Shown in pieces: positions 33,338-40,559 of a DNA stretch of 42,794 nt. Below the pieces are notes generated by a model. It saw nothing but the letters and a program-made list of their open reading frames with translations. It was not told where the DNA came from and did not search any database. Every line of letters starts with the position of its first letter. The first letter of the stretch is position 1. The DNA is from Candidatus Nealsonbacteria bacterium (GTDB taxonomy: Bacteria; Patescibacteriota; Minisyncoccia; Minisyncoccales; MHMH01): the NCBI GenBank assembly GCA_016181985.1, contig JACOYG010000001.1, forward strand, positions 1 to 42,794, read 5' to 3'. Position numbers and translations under genes: made by a program.

Positions 33338-33390
33338 ATTGTAGCAAACTTTATAAAGTTAGTCAAAAAGAAGCAAACTTTATAAAGTTA
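33338..33390 (-). promoter_or_regulatory. Promoter of the HTH-Fic gene with two copies of a palindromic operator
   Basis: GCAAACTTTATAAAGTTA occurs at 33344-33361 and 33373-33390; its core AACTTTATAAAGTT is a perfect palindrome. Minus strand reads TTGACT - 17 nt (the proximal palindrome) - TACAAT, ending 6 nt before the ATG, which suggests a near-leaderless mRNA. Confidence 0.6.
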
Positions 33391-33687
33391 TGGGGAGCCA
33401 AAAAATAAAGTCAGAAGAATCTTGCGGACAACGGGTGTCCGCAGGCGGGTGTCCCTCTGCGAAAATTCGAAAAGGCGGCGGAGCCGCACCTCTGACAACC
33501 TGCCCGCAATGCTACATGCTACGCCAGCCCGCATGACTCGCATCAGCGTGTCTGGCGGGCATAAGCGTTGCAGGCGGGTTTCAAGTTTTTCTATGAGTTA
33601 ATAATAACTCATTTCAGTAAATTTTTCAAGAAAAATGAGCTTGAAAAATTTACTGCTTTGGCGGCAAATTCTTGTTCCTTAGAATTC

Positions 33688-33729
33688 ATAAAAAGAAAAG
33701 CCCGCCAGAGGTCCAAAGGACATGGCGGG
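33688..33729 (-). terminator. Rho-independent terminator of the GC-rich orphan gene
   Basis: Minus strand GCCCGCCA-loop-TGGCGGGC followed by TTTTCTTTTT, 10 nt after the stop. Confidence 0.75.
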
Positions 33730-33738
33730 CAACGTGCG

Positions 33739-34170
33739 TTAAGCAGATGCCGGGCTGTACTGAATCCGGCGTTTGTCTGCTTCGGCCCAAGCAGCAGCGG
33801 CTTCTGCTTCGGGATCATCGCTCATCGTCCAGTCCTCGAAGCGAAAAGCTTGATTGCTTCCTGGACCTGTTCGACCGGCCGAGATGATTCTCAGGCGTTC
33901 GGGGCTCCACTGTTCTCCGGGAATCTGAGCGCGTCCGTCTCCCCGCAGAAGAACCCATGCCTGAATTGATCCGAAGAGTCGCCCCGGTCCCTTCCGGAAG
34001 TGAAGGGTGATGAAGCAGTCTCTCCGGCTGGGAGCGAAGGGGTCTGGCGCGTAAACGTCGACCCTGATCACGGTGAGGTCGGCTGTGTAGTTGAACAGGT
34101 GTTCGAGCGCTCGTTCCGTAGCCGTGATCGCGATCCAGACCGAATTGGTGATAGACATCCTGGTTGCCAT
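33739..34170 (-). CDS. GC-rich orphan hypothetical protein (143 aa)
   Basis: ATG preceded by GAGGAGG. Has its own consensus promoter and terminator. Composition and codon usage are clearly GC-richer than surrounding genes. No family recognised. The overlapping ORF 33815-34198 is judged spurious. Confidence 0.6.
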   Translation of the reverse strand: MATRMSITNSVWIAITATERALEHLFNYTADLTVIRVDVYAPDPFAPSRRDCFITLHFRKGPGRLFGSIQAWVLLRGDGRAQIPGEQWSPERLRIISAGRTGPGSNQAFRFEDWTMSDDPEAEAAAAWAEADKRRIQYSPASA

Positions 34171-34308
34171 TGCTTGCCTCCTCTGTCTTAGAGTGCATCC
34201 AAAGAATTATTCTTGGATGGCCGCTGTCTCAGCAGCACCAAATACTCAAGGGTTATTAAATACTTGGTGCTACTGAGACAAATTTCAAATAGCGATTTTA
34301 CTGTTTGT

Positions 34309-34337
34309 AGTATAGCAAATCTATGTCTATATGTCAA
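34309..34337 (-). promoter_or_regulatory. Consensus sigma70-type promoter for the GC-rich orphan gene
   Basis: Minus strand TTGACA - 17 nt - TATACT. The ~130 nt leader holds two hairpins (34225-34280 and 34198-34221). Confidence 0.65.
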
Positions 34338-34505
34338 TAGCAACAAAAAATCAGCATTTCTGCCGTTTCTTGTCTAAAATTATTATGAAAAATTCTCTTT
34401 TCGCAAAAACGGAATCGCCAACTGATTTTTCCGCCCAAAATTCAATACGAAATGACCGCCGAGCGAAGCGAGGCGGCTTCCTCCGGCTTGCCTTTTTCTA
34501 AAGTG

Positions 34506-34577
34506 TGCCCCTGGAAGGAATCGAACCCTCATCACTGGGTCCGAAGCCCAGCACTCTATCCATTAAGCTACAGGGGC
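34506..34577 (-). tRNA. tRNA-Arg (anticodon UCG)
   Basis: Acceptor GCCCCTG/CAGGGGC, anticodon stem CTGGG/CCCAG with loop CTTCGGA, T arm GAGGG-TTCGATT-CCTTC, discriminator A. Confidence 0.85.
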
Positions 34578-34583
34578 GAATTA

Positions 34584-34843
34584 TTATTTGTAAATTTCGT
34601 GAGTGCCGATATTTACGAAGATAATCTCACTATCATTAATTAAGAATTTAAACATTATGCGGTAGCTATAGTTTACCCAGAAAGCATAAAGTCTTTGTGA
34701 GTTTTAAGCGAGCGATGGAATGGATCCTTGAGAAAAAGACTTTCTCTTTTAAGAAAGTCACGTTCGACCTGGGCCGTAATTTTAGATAGTGATTCGAGAA
34801 AATGGGCAGAATAGTAAATCTTTTGAACGCCCCTATTTTGCAT
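34584..34843 (-). pseudogene. RelE/ParE-superfamily toxin gene interrupted by a single frameshift
   Basis: Hand translation. Frame A: MQNRGVQKIYYSAHFLESLSKITAQVERDFLKRESLFLKDPFHRSLKTHKDFMLSG*. The -1 frame continues ..RLYAFWVNYSYRIMFKFLINDSEIIFVNIGTHEIYK*. The 260 nt span is not a multiple of 3. Start overlaps the antitoxin stop. Confidence 0.65.
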
Positions 34844-35102
34844 GCTCCTTGGCTTTTTTTAATATTTCAGCAAAATTTCTAGCCAACTTTAATTTCCCAT
34901 TTTTTAATTCATTTTTAAAAATTCGGATCGCCTCGTCGGTATCCTTTTCCTCCCATTCTCTCCTCTTTTGCCACCTTAAAAATTCCTCAAATTTTTTTCG
35001 AGGCACGATAAGTAATTCCTCCCCGCGGGTCATTTCCTTGGGGATTGTTATAGTATTGTTGGTCATCAGATTCATTATCTTATTATTTTTGTGATTTGTC
35101 AA
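34833..35102 (-). CDS. Putative antitoxin of the RelE-type pair
   Basis: 89 aa (or shorter from an internal ATG, MNLMTNNTITIPKE). Small charged protein directly upstream of and overlapping the toxin remnant. Call is based on position. Confidence 0.5.
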   Translation of the reverse strand: MTNHKNNKIMNLMTNNTITIPKEMTRGEELLIVPRKKFEEFLRWQKRREWEEKDTDEAIRIFKNELKNGKLKLARNFAEILKKAKEHAK

Positions 35103-35131
35103 GAAGGAAATTTTAAGATAGAATTAATTCA

Positions 35132-36601
35132 ATGGAAATACCAAAAGAAGTAAAATCTGTTACGGAAAAGTTGAAAAAGGCCGGCTTTGAGGCATATATT
35201 GTCGGCGGTTGCGTCAGGGATTTTCTGCGGGGAGTGGAACCAAAAGATTGGGACGCCACCACCAACGCCAAACCGGAAGAAATTCGCAAGGTTTTTCCTA
35301 AAAGCTTTTACGAAAACAAGTTTTTAACGGTGACCGTCCAAACAGCCAGCAAAGACGAAAAGCTTAAAGAAGTAGAGGTTACCACCTATCGTTCCGAAGG
35401 CGGGTACACGGATAAAAGGCACCCCGACGAGGTGATGTTTGCCAAGACACTGGAGGAGGATTTAACTAGGAGGGATTTCACCATAAATGCGATGGCTTTG
35501 ACACCCGGTGTCAAGGCGTCGACACCGGGTGTCGTGGACCTTTTCGGCGGGCAGAAAGATTTGGCGGCAAAAATCATTCGGACTGTTGGCGTTCCCGAAG
35601 AAAGGTTTGGGGAGGACGCTCTAAGAATGATGAGGGCGGTCAGATTCGCCGCTACTCTGGGGGAAAAATGGAAAATCGAGTCAAAAACAGAAGAAGCGAT
35701 AAAAAAGAATGCTCCATGGCTTCAGGCAATTTCCAAAGAAAGAATTAGAGATGAGTTTATGAAAATTATCGCTTCAGAAAGAGCGGTCGATGGCATTGAT
35801 CTTTTACGGAAATTGGGCCTTCTGAAGCATATTATCCCAGAATTAGAGGAAGGATATGGTGTTCCTCAAAACAAGCACCATATTTACGATTGCTATAAGC
35901 ATTCCCTGCTTTCTATGGATTATGCCGCCAAGAAAGGGTTTAACGACCACGTGAAAATAGCCGCCCTGCTCCACGACATAGCCAAGCCCAAAGTGAAGCG
36001 CGGCGAAGGGCCAGATTCCACTTTTTATAACCACGAAGTAGTGGGAGCCAGAATGACTGTCGCAATCTTGAACCGGTTAAAATTTGCCAAAAAAGACATT
36101 GAAAAGATTGCCAAGCTGGTCAGATATCATCTTTTCTATTATAATGTTGATGAAGTGACGGAGTCCTCCGTGAGGAGATTGGTCAGGCAGGTGGGCCCCG
36201 AGAGCATGGAAGAGTTATTGCAGGTAAGAATGGCCGACAGGATCGGCTCCGGCGTTCCGAAAGCCGAGCCGTATAAATTGCGACATTTAAAATACGTCAT
36301 TGAAAAGGTTTCTAGGGATCCTATCTCCGCCAAGATGCTTAAAATCAATGGGGACGATATAATGCGACATTTGAACATAAGCCCTGGGCCGAAAATAGGA
36401 CAAATTTTGGACATTTTATTAGGACATGTCATAAATGATCCGGAAAAGAACCAAAAAGAATTATTAGCGAAGGAGGTTGACATGCTTGGCAGGTTAGACG
36501 AAAAAGAGCTTAAGGTTTTCTCGCAAAAAGCCCAAGAAGAGCGCGAAAACTTGGAAGTTAAAGAAGACAAAATGACGAAAAATAAATATTGGGTAACATA
36601 G
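35132..36601 (+). CDS. cca: CCA-adding tRNA nucleotidyltransferase / poly(A) polymerase family protein with HD domain
   Basis: GGCVRD, RRDFTINAMA and EDALRMMRAVRFA motifs, plus an HD region LLHDIAKP. Confidence 0.88.
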   Translation: MEIPKEVKSVTEKLKKAGFEAYIVGGCVRDFLRGVEPKDWDATTNAKPEEIRKVFPKSFYENKFLTVTVQTASKDEKLKEVEVTTYRSEGGYTDKRHPDEVMFAKTLEEDLTRRDFTINAMALTPGVKASTPGVVDLFGGQKDLAAKIIRTVGVPEERFGEDALRMMRAVRFAATLGEKWKIESKTEEAIKKNAPWLQAISKERIRDEFMKIIASERAVDGIDLLRKLGLLKHIIPELEEGYGVPQNKHHIYDCYKHSLLSMDYAAKKGFNDHVKIAALLHDIAKPKVKRGEGPDSTFYNHEVVGARMTVAILNRLKFAKKDIEKIAKLVRYHLFYYNVDEVTESSVRRLVRQVGPESMEELLQVRMADRIGSGVPKAEPYKLRHLKYVIEKVSRDPISAKMLKINGDDIMRHLNISPGPKIGQILDILLGHVINDPEKNQKELLAKEVDMLGRLDEKELKVFSQKAQEERENLEVKEDKMTKNKYWVT

Positions 36602-36614
36602 TTTTCACGTGAAA

Positions 36615-36685
36615 CGGGGTGTAGTATAACGGCAGTATACAGACTTCGGGAGTCTGCGGCCTGGGTCCAATTCCCAGCACCCCGA
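36615..36685 (+). tRNA. tRNA-Pro (anticodon CGG)
   Basis: Acceptor CGGGGTG/CACCCCG, anticodon stem CAGAC/GTCTG with loop TTCGGGA, T arm CTGGG-TCCAATT-CCCAG (unusual C at loop position 2). Confidence 0.8.
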
Positions 36686-36688
36686 CAT

Positions 36689-37210
36689 ATGTTTAATCAA
36701 AAAGGGCAGATTCATATCATTCTTTTGGTATTATTAGTACTCGGCTTTATCCTGTACGTTAATTTTTCGGACAAGTCGTTTTTGAAATTCATTTTACCGA
36801 CATCGTCTTCCTCCAAATCAACTCCGGCGCAAAAACAATTAACACCAGTTGTTTCTCCGTCAACACCTGGTGTTGTTGCCCCGGCTCCGGTTGTGCCGGT
36901 TGTTGTGCAAGACAGAACGCCGCCGGTGATCAGCAATATTTCCCATCAAGGCGATGTTTTTCTGCCGGGAACCAGGGAAGTGGTAATTAGCGTTTCCACT
37001 GACGAACCAGCTTCTTGCAGGTATACCGCAAATCCCGAATCATCGTCATGGAATGCAATGTCGTGGTACGATGAAACGAGGAGATTTCACGTAAAGACGA
37101 TTACCGGATTAAGAGACGGCATGTCGTATGATTTTTTTGTCCGCTGTCAGGATTTTAATGGGAATAGCAATACCGGAAACGTATTGATAAGTTTCAGCGT
37201 AAAGCCGTAA
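36689..37210 (+). CDS. Membrane-anchored hypothetical protein with Pro-rich linker and Ig/Fn3-like C-terminal domain
   Basis: 173 aa. N-terminal TM, a PSTPGVVAPAPVVPVV linker and a beta-rich C-terminus. Starts 3 nt after tRNA-Pro. Confidence 0.55.
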   Translation: MFNQKGQIHIILLVLLVLGFILYVNFSDKSFLKFILPTSSSSKSTPAQKQLTPVVSPSTPGVVAPAPVVPVVVQDRTPPVISNISHQGDVFLPGTREVVISVSTDEPASCRYTANPESSSWNAMSWYDETRRFHVKTITGLRDGMSYDFFVRCQDFNGNSNTGNVLISFSVKP

Positions 37211-37216
37211 TTTAAG

Positions 37217-37256
37217 ATTTACGAAATCCACTCAAATTTGAGAGGATTTCGTAAAT
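37217..37256 (+). terminator. Hairpin terminator after 36689-37210
   Basis: Perfect 13 bp stem ATTTACGAAATCC / GGATTTCGTAAAT. Only a weak T tract follows. Confidence 0.55.
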
Positions 37257-37269
37257 CAATTATTAGAAT

Positions 37270-37572
37270 ATGCGTATTACTTTAAAATTTTCTGGAAGTG
37301 TCTACAATTTAATGCGGCAACTGGGTTATCATCCCCATGAAACGGAAAGAGAAAGAGCCGGAGAGTCATCATTCGCGCGCCGCTTGGGCGCCGCAGATTA
37401 TCCCCGCTTTCACGCCTACGTTTCACGTGGAGCATCAGAGCAGGAAGTAATAATAAATATCCACCTAGACCAGAAAAAGCCGGTATATAAAGGCACAAGC
37501 GCTCACAGCGGAGAATACGATGGCGATCTGGTAGAAAGAGAAGCCGAGAGAATTAAACAGATGTCAACTTAA
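37270..37572 (+). CDS. Hypothetical protein (100 aa)
   Basis: Clean ORF between a terminator and tRNA-Ala. Motifs YPRFHAYV and HLDQKKPVYKGTSAHSGEYDG. No family named with confidence. Confidence 0.5.
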   Translation: MRITLKFSGSVYNLMRQLGYHPHETERERAGESSFARRLGAADYPRFHAYVSRGASEQEVIINIHLDQKKPVYKGTSAHSGEYDGDLVEREAERIKQMST

Positions 37573-37582
37573 TAATATAAAG

Positions 37583-37653
37583 GGGCCTGTAGTAAAACGG
37601 CATTACGCTACATTCGCATTGTAGAGGTCCGGGTCCAATTCCCGGCAGGTCCA
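37583..37653 (+). tRNA. tRNA-Ala (anticodon CGC)
   Basis: Acceptor GGGCCTG/CAGGTCC with the G3:U70 alanine identity pair, anticodon stem CTACA/TGTAG with loop TTCGCAT, T arm CCGGG-TCCAATT-CCCGG. Confidence 0.8.
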
Positions 37654-37814
37654 CAACTTCGCATTAAACGCTCAAAACAAAAAGCCCAAGAGCTTTGCGG
37701 CCCTCGGACTTTTCTTATTTTTACGACTCTATTTGTGTCTAAGATATGATTGACAAGGAAATATGGAGAGCTTAATATCAAAATGAGTTCCTTGATAAAT
37801 AAAGGAGGCGGAGC

Positions 37815-38723
37815 TTGAAATGCGATGGATTCGACGGACTCACCATCAATCCCGATCGAAGTCGAAGGATTGACCTTCATATGCATTCGTATTATTCCGA
37901 CGGCAGATTTTCTCCGACCGAACTATTAGGTAAATGCAAAGATAGCGGACTTGAGATTGTTTCCCTCACAGACCACGAGAATGTCGGCGGTATTGATGAG
38001 GCTCTAGAAGCTGGGGAGAAGCTGGGGATAAAGGTTATTCCTGGTATAGAATTCGCCACCGAGTTTCAAGGGCAAGAGCATCATATTATCGGTTATTTCA
38101 TTGATCGCAACAGTCAGAAATTAAAAGAATTTTTGGATAAATTAAAAGAAAGCAAAGCGGAGCAAATAAAAGAAATTATCAAGAATCTGCAGGCGTTTGG
38201 ATTTAGGGTATCCTTCGAGGAAGTGGCGAGTTTAGCCAAGGGCTCTCTTGACCGCTATCACATCGTTTTAACCATACTTCCCGACCATGAAAAAACGCTT
38301 AAAGGCAAGGAAGAACACAGGGATTTTTTTAAGAAATTTCTTATGGAAAAATCAGGCGGCGGGGAAGGATTGGCTTTTGTAGAGAGAAAAAAACCGGACA
38401 TTAGGTTGATAATCGATGCGATTCATGAATCCGGCGGGGTAGCTTTTTGGGCTCATCCTTTCTGGAGAATAAAAGACGGATCAATAATCCGAGAGTTGGC
38501 CGCAACCTTCAAAAAGATGAAGCTGAACGGCATTGAGGTTCTTTATCCTTACCACAGTAAAGATCAGAGCCTTTTACTCCACGAACTTGGCCGTGATTTG
38601 TTGCTTTATGAAAGCGCCGGTTCGGATTTTCATCGGGAAGATACCACCATCAGGCAATTGGCTAATTTTCAGGATTTCGGCATAAAAATTAATTTTCCAT
38701 TCTGCCTGAAAGAAACGAGGTAA
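37815..38723 (+). CDS. PHP-domain phosphoesterase (TrpH/YciV-like)
   Basis: TTG start with GGAGG 6 nt upstream. IDLHMHSYYSDG..SLTDHENVGG..IPGIEF..HHIIGYF resembles TrpH/YciV-type PHP proteins. Confidence 0.75.
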   Translation: MKCDGFDGLTINPDRSRRIDLHMHSYYSDGRFSPTELLGKCKDSGLEIVSLTDHENVGGIDEALEAGEKLGIKVIPGIEFATEFQGQEHHIIGYFIDRNSQKLKEFLDKLKESKAEQIKEIIKNLQAFGFRVSFEEVASLAKGSLDRYHIVLTILPDHEKTLKGKEEHRDFFKKFLMEKSGGGEGLAFVERKKPDIRLIIDAIHESGGVAFWAHPFWRIKDGSIIRELAATFKKMKLNGIEVLYPYHSKDQSLLLHELGRDLLLYESAGSDFHREDTTIRQLANFQDFGIKINFPFCLKETR

Positions 38724-38726
38724 TAC

Positions 38727-39662
38727 GTGAAACATATAGACCCTCATGTACATTGCCGCGATGGCGTGGAAGTCCGCAAAGCCAATATCAGAAAAGTTTC
38801 CGAATTGGCCCGAGAACAAGGCATTGTCCATATTTGCGACATACCAAGCATTAATTGTCCTATTTTGACAGAAAGCGATGTCGTTGAGAGATTGGACTTG
38901 GCTCGCAGGAGAAGGCCGGTAATAGGATATTCCGTCTTTATGACTTTAACCTCGAAGGAAGAGCAGATCAAGGAAGCGGTGAGGGTGGCTCAAAAATATC
39001 AGGAAGTAGCTGGATTAAAACTATATCCTCCGGATAACGAGAAAAGCGTGGTTTATAAAACACTGGCAAAGTTGGGATATTCCGGAGTTTTGGCAGTTCA
39101 CGCGGAAAAAGCGAGTTTATTTAAACCAAAGTTATTTGACTATAAAAGACCATGGACTCATAACTTGGCCCGACCGCCAGAGACAGAGATTGCATCAATT
39201 AAGGAGCAAATTCAGTTTGCGAAAGAAGCTGATTTTAAAGGCACTCTGTATATTTGCCACATAACTCTGCCGGAATCAGCAGCAATAATTTGGCAGGCGA
39301 AAAATTATCTTAATATATATTCAGAGGTTACTCCCCATCACTTGTTGCTTAGTGATTTACAGATGCGGGGAGAAAACGGTCTTTCGTTAAAGGTTAATCC
39401 TCCATTAAGAAGCCGTGAATCGGTAATGGGGCTATTAAAAGATGTAAGGTTCGGCTTAATTGATTGTATTGGTTCAGATTTTGCCCCTCACCTTACGACC
39501 GAAAAATTGCTCCCGCCGTATCTTTCAGGTATTGCTTCTTATCAGCTTTACGGCATGGCCTTGGATTACTTAAGAGACCAAGGTTTGTCGGAAAAAGACA
39601 TTGAGAAATTGACCTACTGGAACATCAAAAAAGTTTTCGGAGAAAAACTGAAAAATGCTTGA
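38727..39662 (+). CDS. pyrC: Dihydroorotase-like cyclic amidohydrolase (short form)
   Basis: GTG start. IDPHVHCRDG, GLKLY (carboxylated-Lys position), VHAE, ICHIT, VTPHHLLL, VNPPLRSRE and GSDFAPH all follow the DHOase motif order. Confidence 0.75.
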   Translation: MKHIDPHVHCRDGVEVRKANIRKVSELAREQGIVHICDIPSINCPILTESDVVERLDLARRRRPVIGYSVFMTLTSKEEQIKEAVRVAQKYQEVAGLKLYPPDNEKSVVYKTLAKLGYSGVLAVHAEKASLFKPKLFDYKRPWTHNLARPPETEIASIKEQIQFAKEADFKGTLYICHITLPESAAIIWQAKNYLNIYSEVTPHHLLLSDLQMRGENGLSLKVNPPLRSRESVMGLLKDVRFGLIDCIGSDFAPHLTTEKLLPPYLSGIASYQLYGMALDYLRDQGLSEKDIEKLTYWNIKKVFGEKLKNA

Positions 39663-40542
39663 TTTAAACGGCATTAAGGTTAAAAATCGGATTTGGCTGG
39701 CGGCAGGAGCTGGCGGTTATGGAGAAGGTTGGCCGCATCAAAAACCATTTATTAAACTAGGATTGATTGATTTCTCTGCTTTTGGCGCAATAATCACCAG
39801 AACTTTGACTCCCGAATCAAGACAGGGTAATTATATTGACCCATTTGAATTTGAAAATGCGACATTGGTGTCGCATTTATGTCGCATTTTTTCTGAAGAA
39901 AGAAAGAGAGTTTTAAGAAAAGTGCTGGGCGGCTGGATTAACAATGTGGGCTGGTGGAATGTGGGAATTAATTATTGGATAGAAAAGATTTATCCCTGGC
40001 TCCACGATGTCGCAATTATTCCCAATATCGGCGGATTTACAATTTACCACTACGTAGATTCTATCAGGAAACTTAATCATCTGGATATCGTCGGTATTGA
40101 AATTAATATCTCCTGTCCTAATATTGAGCATCCCTTATCTAAAGATCCGGCAGAACTTATGAAGTTATTTACCTTTTGCCGTGAGTCATCGGATTATCCT
40201 TTTATTGTAAAATTAGGCATAGATTCTGACTATGTTCAGATAGCCAGACTCGCCGAATATTGCGGCTTTAACGCTGTCTCGGCGATCAATGCAATCCCAG
40301 CGTTAGGCGGCGGGTATTCGGGCTCTGCCATCAAGCCAATTGCCTTAAAAGTGGTAGCGGATTTGAAGAAAGCCGTGAAAATACCGGTAATCGGCGGCGG
40401 AGGAATTGCCTCCCTGAAAGATTGCCAAGAATTTTTTGAAGTTGGCGCCGATGCCGTTGCGTTAGGCTCCGGATTTTTATTGAAGCCCTGGGAGCCGACC
40501 AGAATTGCTAAAAAATATGAAAAAGTAAAGGACCAGAAATGA
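39655..40542 (+). CDS. pyrD: Dihydroorotate dehydrogenase family 1-like flavoenzyme
   Basis: TRTLTPESRQGN, NNVGWWNVG, EINISCPN, GGYSGSAIKPIAL, IGGGGI and GADAVALGS match the class 1 DHOD / dihydropyrimidine dehydrogenase PreA-like fold motifs. Confidence 0.7.
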   Translation: MLDLNGIKVKNRIWLAAGAGGYGEGWPHQKPFIKLGLIDFSAFGAIITRTLTPESRQGNYIDPFEFENATLVSHLCRIFSEERKRVLRKVLGGWINNVGWWNVGINYWIEKIYPWLHDVAIIPNIGGFTIYHYVDSIRKLNHLDIVGIEINISCPNIEHPLSKDPAELMKLFTFCRESSDYPFIVKLGIDSDYVQIARLAEYCGFNAVSAINAIPALGGGYSGSAIKPIALKVVADLKKAVKIPVIGGGGIASLKDCQEFFEVGADAVALGSGFLLKPWEPTRIAKKYEKVKDQK

Positions 40543-40559
40543 ATCTGGTCCTTTTGTTT
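40528..40559. terminator. Bidirectional Rho-independent terminator (pyrD-like gene and the minus-strand RNA)
   Basis: AAGGACCAGA / TCTGGTCCTT 10 bp stem spanning the pyrD-like stop codon. TTTTGTTT on the plus strand and a T-rich tract on the minus strand. Confidence 0.75.

Noticed and set aside
33568-34276. Plus-strand ORFs (33568-33969, 33672-33887, 34000-34191, 34091-34276) and minus-strand ORF 33815-34198
   Set aside because: All are alternative frames of the GC-rich region and lack SD or promoter support. The 33739-34170 frame has an SD, a promoter and a terminator.
33332-34505. Integrated genomic island at tRNA-Arg
   Set aside because: There is no integrase or recombinase gene, and I found no direct repeat of the tRNA 3' end at the far side. 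Only compositional oddity supports foreign origin.
35495-35535. 13 bp inverted repeat GACACCCGGTGTC...GACACCGGGTGTC inside cca as another in-frame repeat insertion
   Set aside because: The encoded segment (LTPGVKASTPGVVD) is only a few residues longer than the usual loop between the RDFTINAMA and DxFGG motifs. The sequence is unrelated to the other repeat families.
37608-37886. 92 aa minus-strand ORF
   Set aside because: It overlaps tRNA-Ala and the 5' end of the PHP gene, and has no SD.
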